Assembly (NCBI RefSeq): GCF_001194135.2
Contig: NC_068983.1
Span: 116,601,459-116,637,138, forward strand
Origin: Octopus bimaculoides
Taxonomy: Eukaryota
Direction of reading: 5' to 3'
DNA: 35,680 nt
This document shows, one piece after another, positions 12,689-24,782 of the stretch (positions are counted from its first letter, which is position 1; each line of letters starts with the position of its first letter). The position numbers were made by a program, and so were the translations under genes. The notes beneath the pieces were generated by a model. That model was given only the letters and a program-made list of their open reading frames with translations. It was not told where the DNA came from and ran no database searches.

Positions 12689-13778
12689 TCAGAAACTAAT
12701 AGCATTGCATAAATTGTAAAAGTTTACAATTTCTGTACTTCATTGAAATTGAAATAAACTGTATCGTATTTTTTATACTATTAATTCCATTTATTAAGAA
12801 ATGAATATATGAAATTGTTTCTTAAGTTTACAAGAATATTAAATTTACTCAAATGAGCATGAATTGTTTACATTATGATAATCCAGAACCTCTTAAAGCT
12901 GCAATCAAGGCATTGCTTTAATAAAGTTTCCCAGTTAGTATTATGAAGACAAAAATTAAAAAGTTGTCTATTTATAGCAAGGCTGTTGATGGACTTAGTT
13001 TTTACAAGATAATTTTTCAATGTCATTATTCACTAATTTAACCTAAATGTTTTAAAAACTCTATTTTAACCCTCACCGGTAGCTGAGAAATTGTAGAAAG
13101 CATGCAATTTAGAAAGCAAAGGACACTTTGTGTTATCAGCATCAAGGAAATTTTCAATGCGCTAATGTAGGTTATTATTCTATGGGAATATACTTAGAAT
13201 TTTGAGTACGCATACATCATACATCTTGAGGCTTTACTTAAAGTAATGAATGGCATTTACAAAAATGATGAAGGAGCATCATCACCATGATCATCTACGG
13301 AAAAGCTACTGAAAATGATTGTTACAAACATTCACACCGAGCAAATTTAGAAATTCCCTACTGAAGCTATTGTTGATCTGAGAGATGACAAAACAATAAG
13401 GTTTTTATCTATTCATCCGTTAAACGAGAAAAATTTATCTACAGGATTTTACGTCGCTAAATATTTTCTCAGCAAATATCAAATATCACTTTCAACACTA
13501 AAGAGATTAGAGGCCAACATGTGTTAGCGTGTGCTATCCATCTTTTCAATAACTCTCAAACTGAGTTTTAGCTATTCTGAATGAAAGAAACTTATTTCCA
13601 ATGTACTGGAATATGTTAAATATACAGAAAATAGGATATGAAAAAAATGTGGATACAAACAGCTTTCGCAACATTATCACATGAATCTCTTTAGTATGCC
13701 TCTAAACCATTTACGTTTTATGCTGCAAAATCTGTAAAGTTAGAATATTACTAAGACTGAGAACATAATCACGTAAAC

Positions 13779-14295
13779 CAGCGCTTCTTAAACTATAGGT
13801 CGCAAACCCAAATGGGGTCGCGAAAATTAAATTCAAACACTTGTATTTAAGTTTATATGTTATTTAAGAAATGCACAATATTTAACGTGATACCCCACGC
13901 AAGCGCTACAGTAATAAAACGCACGTGCGGCTCCGTTGCGACTAGTGCATTGACAACGTATGTATTTTCAGTGTAGTTGGTTGATTGTGTTCATCTTAAT
14001 AAGTGTATAAATAACAATACATGTTACTGTTTTATTCGATTGAGGTCAGTATTTATTTAAATAAATTCATAATAATTATCCTATGAAGCGTTATTTTATT
14101 TATATTTCAAAATAAAAAATACTTTTACTCATGGATAAATGGCTGGATTTGAGTAACAAAAGTAATGATGCAGATGGCAATGTTACAAAGTCTGTCCAAG
14201 CAGGACCCAGTGATCAGAGAGAGGCTCCTAAGAAGCGAACAAGAAAATACGATGAATCATTTCTCCAGTTTGGCTTTACATTTAATATGGTCTTC
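13779..14295 (+). mobile_element. 5' fragment of a hAT Charlie/Buster-type transposon
   Basis: Left TIR CAGCGCTTCTTAAACT at 13779, preceded by ACGTAAAC (matches the nnnTAnnn Buster target). Subterminal GGGGTCGCG. ORF start MDKWL...KKRTRKYDESFLQFGFT is typical of Buster/ZBED5-like N-termini. Truncated at a (TATC)n tract. Confidence 0.8.
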
Positions 14296-14369
<74 letters not shown>

Positions 14370-14444
14370 CTCTATCTATCTATCTGTGTGCCTGTCTGTC
14401 TGTGTGTTTGTCTGTATGTCTGTATGTCTGTCTGTCTGTATGTA

Positions 14445-14475
<31 letters not shown>

Positions 14476-14480
14476 TTATC
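14296..14480. repeat. (TATC)n/(TGTC)n compound microsatellite
   Basis: Direct reading. Confidence 0.95.
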
Positions 14481-15184
14481 GATGCATGTATGTATATGTA
14501 TACAAAGCACCAAATTACTCTTTTTTAAGACACGGAGTTTCATTTTACTTACAATAATTATTTTTCATATCTAACAAGCTTACACACAGGCTTATCGTTG
14601 CTTTCTTATATCTATTAAGCAAACCATAATTCTAAGTATTTCCGCTCAACCTAAATATGCTGTGACATTCAACATGTTGTTTTACTGAAGGACACGTGGT
14701 TTACGCTTTCGGTTTATCATTTCATGCTTTTTTTGATCTTGACAAAGTACTGATTTCCGAAAAGTAAAAGTTTTCGCTGTTCCTTCGTCACAGTGTAATT
14801 ATATTGTCTTTGTTGTACTCTTGTTTCTTATTTTGTTCTTTCTCTTGGTCTTCGTACGAGTCACTCAGAAATGCCATTACCAAGTTAACGCATACAGCGC
14901 ACTCAAATAATGGTTGCTCACACTCAAACACTCTCTCATCACATATGTACGTATATATGTTTGCATGTATATATATGTATGTGTATATGTATGATAATCT
15001 TTCTCGTTCCTCCCGCGTTCTCTGTGTGTATGTAAGTACGTATGCATATATTTATATGCACTAATACATGGACATCCGTGTTACTTATTTGGTTTTTATT
15101 CATTTAACTTCGAGCTATGCCGAGAATATCGGACTGACTTGGTGCATCAACTTAAGTACCTAATTCAACTAAATCTTGATTACT

Positions 15185-15188
<4 letters not shown>

Positions 15189-15245
<57 letters not shown>

Positions 15246-15450
15246 AACAATATATGAGTATATGCATATATATGTACATGTATGTACATACCTTCATCTA
15301 CATGTACATATAGATACAGAACTGGATACATGACGTGGCAAAAGAGTATGGACAAAATGATAAACAAGGTACAACAAACAAACAAGCCACATAGAAACAT
15401 CTCCTTCATCAGCTGCCACCATTAAAACACCGGCGTTTCGAAGAATTATA

Positions 15451-15486
<36 letters not shown>

Positions 15487-15520
15487 TGTATGTATGTACG
15501 TACACACACACGCGCATACA
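15189..15520. repeat. (AT)n and (ATGT)n microsatellites flanking a ~200-bp unique insert
   Basis: Direct reading. Confidence 0.85.
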
Positions 15521-16779
15521 TGCGCATAATATCCTACAGAAGGGTCTTGTCAACTGTAACGCTTTTCTCGTAGCCTTTTTGACGTACATGGAGGAAGAAA
15601 TCAGTTATCTTCGTTAGCTCACTGTTTCTGAGAAGTAAAACATAACGAGAATACGAAATCGCTATAAGCTATTGCAGTCATATATGAACTATGAACCATC
15701 TTAAAACCCAGTGATATGTTATCACCAACCTTCCATTAACCACAAATCTATATAACGTATTTCTTTAATATATTGCATATTTCTCTCTTATCCTCTTAAT
15801 AATGTATGGTGTTTTTTTTTCCATATATTATTATGCCAACGCTTTCAATTATGATATATTATAATCTCACACAATTAAGTCATTTTATTTCATACATATT
15901 TATCACTTCGTTTTTTTTCGAAGTTATTATTACAACTTTTATATTTCTATTTCAATTACACTATCATCTTATAATACTACCATTTCAAGTAATTACCATA
16001 TTGTTGAATAAGTGGTATGGGATCCATTAATTATACGTATAATATTAATGATTGTAATATACGATTAATTTTCTCCGAACTACAACCTGGTCTGGCAATA
16101 CAACATTGAATTTCCAACTTTTAAATCATAACAATATTCCTAAACTTCATACATATTACAACCATTTATACAACATTAACACTCACCACCCTTATCGCTA
16201 AAAATAATCATCCTTATATAACATTAATATAAATAATAGATATTTATTGATTTATTCTAATTTGGGTCATTTGGAGCTGATTATAACATTTTAACTTTCC
16301 GAGAGTTGAGTTAGGCCTTTTGGGTTAAGTGGATAATTGAGTTTCTATTTCTTAGCGATACATTTCCTATTTCATGTGTTATGTTTCCTGTCTAATTCTC
16401 ATTGAATGTCAAGATAAACCTTTTAATGTTCCTTCGAAAAATCTTTTGTTTTCTCTTGATTTCTGTTATATATCTCAATGTGATTTTGAGCAAATATACA
16501 GTTCTCCTACTACATACCTTTCTGAATAGGTAAAATTGTCAAGATTTGTAAAAAAAAGGACACCTGACAATGAGAATAGTAACATAACCATTTAGATATC
16601 TATCGAAGAAAATTATTGTAGATATTACACAGTTTCTTTCTGTCGTATACTTGAACTCCATTCCGCTTAGTTAATTCTTATTAAGTAGAGTCATGGCACT
16701 CACAGTGATTAAATATCTCACTTAGATAAGCTTAAACTGTACTGCGCAGCTTCATGTTCCCCTAATATATACACATACG

Positions 16780-16787
16780 CACATACA

Positions 16788-16818
<31 letters not shown>

Positions 16819-16856
16819 GTATATATATATATATATATATACATAAATACATAGAT

Positions 16857-16915
<59 letters not shown>
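16780..16915. repeat. Compound (TGTC)/(CT)/(AT)/(AC) microsatellite
   Basis: Direct reading. Confidence 0.9.
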
Positions 16916-16917
<2 letters not shown>

Positions 16918-17443
16918 AATTATTTTTGTTTACATGGTCCTGAAGAAATTTCCTTGCTGTTATAAAGTTTGGTAAATTTTAGATATTTTCGTTTGGTTTA
17001 CACAATGTAAGCCGAAATTTCCTATTAACTTTGTTCAAAAATGTCCTTCATATAAGGAAAATGTTGCAGGTTGTAAAATGTCCTTCTTTAGATTGGTAGT
17101 ATTATTTTCTTCATAAAAATAGCTTGGTAGTCAACCATCTGTATATTAGACAAGTTATAACTTGCCACAAACTGTGAAACATGCTAAATATTGATAAAAC
17201 CTGTAAGTATTCGATTTGAAACGAACTTGAAATACACATAGAGAAATACAAAGAGGTATGAAAAACAAATCAATAACTCACTGCGATATCGTTTTTAACT
17301 ATGACCTAAAACTGATAAAATTTGAAGTTCCAAACAAGTTGTGTTACTTTGTCAAAGATAAATAATATTATTTAATTACGATTTTGCTGTTGTTTTGTTG
17401 GATATATATATGTATTCGTTAGAGCCAATAATTCTTCATAAAA

Positions 17444-17657
17444 ATAATCCGTTCTGCTATAGGCACAAATCCTGAAGTTTTGAGGGTGGGGACTAGTCGA
17501 TTGCATCGACCCCTTCCCCGCGTTTCACTGGTACTTAGTTTATTGATTCCAAAAGTATGAAAGGCCTCGGCGGAATTGAACTGAGAACATAAAGACGGAC
17601 GAAATACCACTAAGCATCTTGTCCGGGTGGCTAACGATTCTGCCAACTCGTCGCCTT
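17444..17657 (-). mobile_element. tRNA-derived SINE with an (ATT)n-type 3' end, copy 1 of 4
   Basis: Minus strand reads AAGGCGACGAGTTGGCAGAATCGTTAGC...GTTCTCAGTTCAATTCCGCC...CCTATAGCAGAACGGATTAT. Homologous to 23470-23641, 24545-24759 and 24783-24987. Confidence 0.85.
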
Positions 17658-17966
17658 TTATGTATGATAATTAACGTAATCAAAATATATCCATTAGGCA
17701 ATATTTCTAGATAATATTTCTAGAAAAAGAAATAGAAACTGGGCAGGAGTTGATACACTAATTTGTAAGTCTCTTAGATTAGGACGTAACTTACATCGTT
17801 GTCATTCTTTATTTAGTATCATTTTGTTTAACGGCCAGTAATGGATTTTTTTATTTCTTTCTGTGGGTAATGCTTGTAGCCAACATGTTTGTCATAGACT
17901 TCAAACATATTGTATTACAGATAATTTTTTGTAGTTGTTACACACACAAACACACACACATACACA

Positions 17967-18005
<39 letters not shown>

Positions 18006-18006
<1 letters not shown>

Positions 18007-18166
18007 TACGACGGGCTTCTTTCAGTTTCCATCTACCGAATCCACTCACAAGGCTTTGGTCGGCCCGAGGCTATAGTAGAAGACACTTGCCCAAGGTGCC
18101 ACGCAGTGGGACTGAACCCGGAACCATGTGGTTGGTAAGCAAGCTACTTACCACACAGCCACTCCC
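18006..18166 (-). mobile_element. Young-looking tRNA-derived SINE of a second family
   Basis: Minus strand reads GGGAGTGGCTGTGTGGTAAGTAGCTTGC...GGGTTCAGTCCCACTGCGTGGCACCTTGGGCAAGTGTCTTCTAC...AAGAAGCCCGTCGTAT, followed by (AT)n. A- and B-box-like motifs are present. Confidence 0.85.
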
Positions 18167-18532
18167 GAGCTTTTATATATACATATATATATATATCCAT
18201 ATATATGCATATTTCGATATCTTTGAGTAATTTCATATATTTAAGTGTGTGCGTGTATACGCACACACACACATATATATATACACATACACACACACGT
18301 ATATATATAGTCGCCTGAAAAAGTATAAGCCAAAAAATATAGTCATCAACAAAGTGGGTATCTTAACCAAAGTATACAGTGTTATAGTTCTCTTTTTATC
18401 CCTCAAGCGCAAAGTGGTTTTACTTAATCACGTCGTTAGCTATCCTGTTATGCCAAATCCAATACAAAATCGATCTGTAGGATTGTCTGAAATGGATCTA
18501 TAATATCGTATACTTTGATTAATGCATACATA

Positions 18533-18881
18533 CATATGATTTGACTGTTTCCCCTGTATCTGACAAGGGATGTTACTGGTATCTAGGGGTGGATGAAAAT
18601 ATATCTTATAGTGGCACCTGTAATAAAGCATGTGTCACTAAAGAATATTACAGTCAAATAAAGAAAATTTGGACCTCAGGAATCTCTGAATTCAATAAAA
18701 CATAGATACATACGTACATACATACATATATACATACATACACGCATACATACAATAACACTTTCCAGAAGTTTATCATTTAAATACATATGAGTATGTC
18801 TAGATATATAACTATATGCATGAGAATACACACATAAAACATACAAATCGGCATATACATACATACATGCATACATACATA
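18533..18881 (+). mobile_element. R4/Dong-type LINE copy A: RT fragment fused through (ACAT)n to the 3' end
   Basis: 18535-18701 is nearly identical to 19064-19230. 18752-18850 matches the ORF end/3'UTR at 20258-20350. Confidence 0.8.
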
Positions 18882-19062
18882 NNNNNNNNNNNNNNNNNNN
18901 NNNNNNNNNNNNNNNNNNNNNNNNNNNNNNNNNNNNNNNNNNNNNNNNNNNNNNNNNNNNNNNNNNNNNNNNNNNNNNNNNNNNNNNNNNNNNNNNNNNN
19001 NNNNNNNNNNNNNNNNNNNNNNNNNNNNNNNNNNNNNNNNNNNNNNNNNNNNNNNNNNNNNN
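18882..19062. other. Assembly gap (181 N)
   Basis: Run of N. Confidence 1.
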
Positions 19063-20560
19063 TATGATTTGACTGTTTCCCCTGTATCTGACAAGGGATG
19101 TTACTGGTATCTAGGGGTGGATGAAAATATATCTTATAGTGGCACCTGTAATAAAACATGTGTCACTAAAGAATATTACAGTCAAATAAAGAAAATTTGG
19201 ACCTCAGGAATCTCTGAATTCAATAAAACAGTGGCCCACAATGTGTTTGCAGTACCAGTGCTCATACCAACATTTGGGCTGCTTGATTGGATGCTTGATG
19301 AGATCTGAGCCATTGATGTGAAAACCCGAAAAATACTAACAAGCACATATAGTTTCCTCATAAACAGTGATGTAGACCGCCTCTAACTAAAACGTAGACA
19401 AGGCAGCAGAGGTTTAACATCGATCCAAAATACCTTTAAATATCGCATCATATCCCTTCGGCAACCTCTTTTAACCACCAAGCGTCGAAGGGCATCCCTC
19501 GACCAAGTTTGCATACATGAAGCTTATAACATCATAAGATGATAGTAACATCGATCATGGACGAATAACTGGATTATTACCTCCCACTTTGAAGGGTATG
19601 CATTTGCAATCCTAGAACAGGAAATATCAACCAAATACCTGATGCACAAAAGGGATAGAGATGCAGGAAAAGCCGATGCAGACTTTTGACAACCGATGCA
19701 GACTTTGTGGAGTTCACACTGAAGGTATCACCCACATCATAAGCAGTTGTCCAAAAATGTCATCATGGTATTATCTACCAATGAGACATGACGTTGTAGC
19801 TAAGACTCTCTATAATGAAATCCGTCGGAAGGATAATCCCGAGGACAAAGATATAAAACCACACAATATGGAAGAAGCCATAGCTACTCATAATGAAAAG
19901 AAATACAAGTGGAATGTACTTCAATAAAATGTAAGCACAACAGACCTGATATAAGAATTTGGGATAGAGAAAATAAACTGTGCACAGTTGTAGAAATTAG
20001 CTGCCCAGCAGATGTTAACATAAAACTGAAGATCAGCGAAAAAGAGTACACCTATGCTGAACTATTGAGAAATCTAAAGTTACTCTATCCAGATTACAAG
20101 TTCAGGTTTATACCTGTATTTATTAGGGCTCTAGGATATTATTACACTGCCTAAATACCAATCTTGAGAAATTAGGCTTCTCAAAACCAGAAAGGAGAGA
20201 AAGCTAATTAAAAGGCTACAGATCCAATCCATCACTAGAACTGTAAAAATCTGTATAACTTTCCAGAAGTTTATCATTTAAAAATGTATGAGCATGTCTA
20301 GATATGCAACTATATGCATGAGAATACATAAAACATACAAATCTGCGATAAAATACATACATACATGCATACATACATACACACACACATACATACATAC
20401 ATACATACATACATGCGTACATGCATGCATATATACATACATGCAAATAAGAATACCATGTTGTTGATCTTGAAATTCCAATGAAGGAAGCTTGGATCTA
20501 GGTTAGAAACCGGTTCTTTCTCTGTTGGTAAAAAATCTTGAAATAAACTGAATAATGACA
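19063..20560 (+). mobile_element. R4/Dong-type RLE non-LTR retrotransposon copy B (5'-truncated, frameshifted)
   Basis: CYWYLGVDEN...KEYYSQIKKIWTS...AHNVFAVPVLIPTFGLLDW; CCHC knuckle CRLCGVHTEGITHIISSC (19700-19753); RHDVV; restriction-like endonuclease RPDI...VVEISCP...KISEKEYTY. Stop at 20279-20281, then a bipartite 3'UTR split by (ACAT)n. Confidence 0.9.
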
Positions 20561-20624
20561 TACTTACAAACAGATATACATATATGCATACATACAAGCA
20601 TAGATACATACAAACATACATATA

Positions 20625-21460
20625 AAAATCTGATATAGGCATGGAATTTGGTCAAGAGAAATGTTCATATTCGGATATAGAACGAGGAAAGTCAGTCCCC
20701 CAAAACCAAAACTTGTGCATCAACGGTCTTTCTCTCTCTCCCGTTCCACACAAAGAATGTTACAAGTACCTAGGCATAACGAAAATGTATCATACGAAGG
20801 CACTGTGAATAAAGGTAGAGTGACCCGAGAATATTACACTAGACTAAGGAAAATATGCCAGTTGGAACTCACCTCTTACAACAAAACAATATCTCACAAT
20901 ACATTTGCAGTACCAGTGCTGATCCCAACATTTGAGATAATTGATTGTTCTGAAGAAGAAATCCACTCCATAGATATCAAAATTTGTCTGTGTTAACTAC
21001 ACCCCAAAGATAGAGCCTTCTCAGTGGACGATTTATAATAATTAAGAAATAGAAGAGACATATACACACAGGTTCAGGTTTATACCTGTTATTGTTGGGA
21101 CACTGGAATATGTAGCACACTTCCAAAATACCAAACTCGAGACATTAGGCTTTTCAAAACCTGAGAATAGCAAACTGATTCACAGAATTTAGATTCAAGC
21201 CATCACTGGAACTGTAAGAATCGGTAAAACTTTCCAGTAGTTTATCATTTAAGTCTATATGAGCACGCCTAGACATGCAACTATATGCATGGGAAGACAT
21301 ACATAAAACAAGACATACAAATCTGCACATATCTATACATATACATATAAAAATACCCTGTTGATGTTGAAATTCCAGTGAAGGAGCCTTGGATCTAGGT
21401 TGGAAATCAGATCTTTCTTTATTAGTAAGAAATCTGGATTATAAAACTGAAGAATGATGC
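20625..21460 (+). mobile_element. R4/Dong-type LINE copy C (older, internally deleted)
   Basis: SDIGMEFGQEKC...YKYLG, NENVSYEGTVNKGRVTREYYTRLRKI...HNTFAVPVLIPTF (ORF 20661-20996). Jumps to the ORF end at ~21070-21250 and carries the same two-part 3'UTR as copy B. Confidence 0.85.
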
Positions 21461-21464
21461 ACAT

Positions 21465-21654
21465 TCATACAGACATACATATATATACATGCATTCATAC
21501 ATACATGCATGCATGCATGTATACATACATACATACATGCATACGGACGTAGTTCATACATACATACATACACGTACAAACACGCTTTCTCTCTCTCACA
21601 CACACGCACAGACATAAGCACAGGCACACTCACGCATACACACACGCCCACACA

Positions 21655-21686
<32 letters not shown>
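21465..21686. repeat. (ACAT)n/(AC)n degenerate microsatellite
   Basis: Direct reading. Confidence 0.9.
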
Positions 21687-21688
<2 letters not shown>

Positions 21689-22299
21689 TCCTAGTGTGTT
21701 CACATGAGGGTAAAGTATTACTTTACCACCATGGTAGAGTTTATCAGGAAATATGGCATAATATATAAAATAAGTATAATTTAACTTTTATCATATTTCT
21801 TAGCGCTTATTCAAAATGCTGCAGCTTTATTAAGTTCGTTCAGAGTTGCCTCATTTAGGTATATCTCATTGACAAGAGACAAAAAACTCGAAACATCGAT
21901 GTCTGGGATCCCTAATAGATGGTGACACTGAACGAACCGATTATGTTCTCATTTTTACCATACGGAAGATATTTTCTCCACGGTAACTGTAGAGTATTTG
22001 CCTTTTAGCAGTTGAAATATATGACAAACAGATTTCAACTTACCTAATTCTGCTTATACTTACTGTTTCGCGCTGATGCTTCGTTATAAAAATATAAATT
22101 ATCAGTACCTGCAAAAATCTCAGGGTTAATCTTAAAACTCTAGTCACAAACCCATGAGTCCATTATTATTTTCTTCTGCTTTTATATATATATATATATA
22201 TATATACTGATCGCATACGTTCGTACACACTCACACATTTACGCATCTTTGCCTCTATATCCATATATAAGCTGTATACGAACTTTCAGCGTTATACGA

Positions 22300-22600
22300 A
22301 CTTATGACCAGGCAACATGTCTTCACTAAAGAAAGGCAGTCCAAAAATGATATCAACACTTAATCAATCTTAATAGCTTCTACACGTGTAACTCGGAATC
22401 CTAAGATCTGCCGCTATTCGCAATACGAGAGATTATGTCTGAAGCATGACTGTTCTTTTCAATCATCTTCCAGGAACTCGACGCATTATTAAAAGAATAA
22501 CTTCAAGACACCAGCAAATCTACAGTAGAAACATTCCTTACAATGACAGTATTGGTCCAGACTTGCCCTGAAGTTCAGAAGTTATCCTATATCCACCGGA
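22300..22600 (+). mobile_element. Possible ORF2 C-terminal remnant of a CR1/L2-type LINE
   Basis: Degenerate LFNHLP...RII...VETFL, resembling the GPxLFNxLP...FKxxLDxFL tail motif. Confidence 0.35.
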
Positions 22601-22929
22601 TACAATAGTAAATTCAACAGCTGTAAACCATATAACCATATACAACAGTGCAACGATAGTAACTCCAGATTGCAATCCTCTCAGAACAAAAAAATTCTTT
22701 TTTAACCACGATGATCTGGCGAATGAATAAAATCCAAAACAATTTAGTTCTCTCACAACACTAACCACTGCTGTTACCTCAGTACAGAAATACTGCCTAA
22801 ATACCATTGTTGTCATTAACCCACAGACCCGACCCAATAATAACGTTGAATGTACAAGGTCTCTAGCATTTCATAAATCGAACAAAACTACCATATCTGA
22901 GAGACCTTGCACACAGAGAAAAGACAATA

Positions 22930-23290
22930 TGAGTAGCAGTAAGTGAAACGACCTGACTCCAGACATATTGGATGCGGAAGTACGTAGGTCAGGTTATGTA
23001 CTACACAGAACTGACTACAGAACAAGGAGTAGCGCTTTTCATCCGTGAATATCTAGCAACAAATGTCCTCCTCTCCTACTCCAACACAGTGTACGATACA
23101 CTAATAAAGCATAGGATCGACCTGAATTTGGTTATAGGCATTATTTATCCTGAAGTAGGTAAACACGAAGATCATTTCAGGGATGCTATGTTACTCTCAA
23201 GTCAAACCCTAAGTGAGGCCAGCCCACAGGCCAATGTACTTTTAACAATTTTCCTCATCTCAGTTGTAACTAAACAACTGAACAGGAGAG
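22930..23290 (+). mobile_element. Apurinic-endonuclease (APE) domain remnant of a CR1/L2/Jockey-group LINE ORF2
   Basis: Across two frameshifts: AVSET-LTPDILDAEVRRSGYVLHRTD-GVALFIREYL...SYSNTVYDTLI...LNLVIGIIY. Confidence 0.75.
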
Positions 23291-23330
23291 TTAACTCTCC
23301 TCGTTACCACTAAATATTTTCTCATGCAAC

Positions 23331-23344
23331 TAGTACTACTGCTG

Positions 23345-23411
<67 letters not shown>

Positions 23412-23412
23412 A

Positions 23413-23469
<57 letters not shown>
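23331..23469. repeat. (CTA)n followed by (ATA)n trinucleotide microsatellite; the latter is the SINE tail
   Basis: Direct reading. Confidence 0.95.
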
Positions 23470-23471
<2 letters not shown>

Positions 23472-23641
23472 TGATCCTTTCTTTATTGGCGAAAAGTGCC
23501 GAAATTTGTGGGGAAGGGAACAAGTCAATTACAGCGACACCGGTGTTTCATTGTTGCTTAATCTATCGACCCCGAAAGGATGAAAGGCAAAATCGATCTC
23601 ACCGGAATTTGAACTCAGAACGTAGCGACGAGCGAAATACA
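23470..23641 (-). mobile_element. SINE, same family as 17444-17657, 5' end missing
   Basis: Shared CGACCCCGAAAGGATGAAAGGCAAA...GGAATTTGAACTCAGAACGTA. Confidence 0.85.
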
Positions 23642-23643
23642 CT

Positions 23644-23712
23644 AATTATAATAATAATAATAATAATAATAACAATAATAATAATAATAATAACAATAAC
23701 AATAATAATAAC

Positions 23713-23765
<53 letters not shown>

Positions 23766-23770
23766 CAACA
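23644..23770. repeat. (ATA)n/(ACA) microsatellite
   Basis: Direct reading. Confidence 0.95.
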
Positions 23771-24525
23771 GCACCCAGAGAGCGCAAATCTCCGGCAACG
23801 CAACACCAACGTCCTCTCAACGGTTAACCAGAGATAATTTTTAAAATGAGAATATCTGAAATAAAATCGACTGCTCTCACAAACGAGAATACTAAAAATG
23901 AACCGGATCGCTCTCAAACGGAAAAATAATCGAAATGTATACACATTGAGTGAGAGGTGAAGGGAGAGGAGATGAAAACCTAATACATTGAAGGAGAAGT
24001 AGCGAAAGTAATAGCTATGACTGAGGGGGAGTCAGAGAAAATAATGACAATAAGAAAGACGAAACAAAGTGCCAAAAAGAGCGTCGTATGTATGAGAAAG
24101 GAACGGGTGATAGATAAATAACGAAAGAAGAAATGAAAAAGTCGATAAACTGCGTTTGAAGTGTGAGTGTATGTGTATGTGTAAAAGAGAGGTATGTTTA
24201 CGTGTGTGTGTACAATGGGAATGGGAGTTCAACGCTCAAAATGTGTGAGCATATGTGTGTATGTGTGTGTGCGTGTACGAGAGGAAAACGTGAAACCTTA
24301 CATATACATGTAAAGTAAAAAAAAAACAAAGGAAATATAATCCAGAATCCTTGTCCAGTACTGAGTCGATCCCAAAATCTACTGAGACCGTGCTAGTCAC
24401 AAGGATAAGTATCCCTGAAAGTTTCATCTGAATCCATCCAGTGGTTCTTGAGATATCTTGTCCACAGACAAAAAAACAAACGCAACTGTAAACAACACCT
24501 CCGCCTTCGCTAAGGTGGAGGTAAT
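23764..24525 (-). mobile_element. Non-autonomous Helitron2/Helentron-like (HINE) element
   Basis: The minus-strand 5' end is an 11-bp GC-rich hairpin (plus strand ACCTCCGCCTT-CGCT-AAGGTGGAGGT, 24497-24522). The minus-strand 3' end reads ..GCCGGAGATTTGCGCTCTCTGGGTGCTGTTGTT, a degenerate subterminal partner ~25 nt from a TT end. This asymmetric-TIR layout is the one described for Helitron2/HINEs. Confidence 0.6.
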
Positions 24526-24544
24526 AGTAATAATAATATAAATA

Positions 24545-24759
24545 ATAATCCTTTCTATTATAGGCACAAGGCCTGAAATTTGGGGGAGGGGTTAAGTTGA
24601 TTACATTGATTTCAGTACGGAACTGATACTTATTTTATCGATCTCGAAAGGATAAAAAGTAAATTCGACCGCGGCGGAATTTGAACTCAGAATGTTACGA
24701 CGGATGAAATGCCACTAGGCATTTCTCCCGGTTTGCTAACCATTCTGCCAGCTCACCTT
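24545..24759 (-). mobile_element. SINE, same family as 17444-17657
   Basis: Collinear homology over its full length, with an AAT tail. Confidence 0.85.
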
Positions 24760-24782
24760 AATAATCATATTAATAATAATGA

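Noticed and set aside
14790-14945. Minus-strand VNLVMAFLSDSYEDQEKEQ, resembling an ion-channel S6 segment
   Set aside because: Short match, no convincing splice sites and no neighbouring channel exons.
15720-16250. G-poor, strand-skewed stretch with a hydrophobic ORF (possible NUMT) and a 14-bp palindrome ATTATACGTATAAT
   Set aside because: No mitochondrial protein or tRNA motif was recognisable in either genetic code; explicable by composition.
20446-20560. Possible ribozyme in the R4/Dong 3'UTR
   Set aside because: No intact CUGAnGA/GAAA pair or HDV-like fold could be drawn in either copy.
23260-23944. Poly-I/L/S/V/Y ORFs, and similar ORFs at 6719, 14131, 29004 and 34358
   Set aside because: They are translations of microsatellites.
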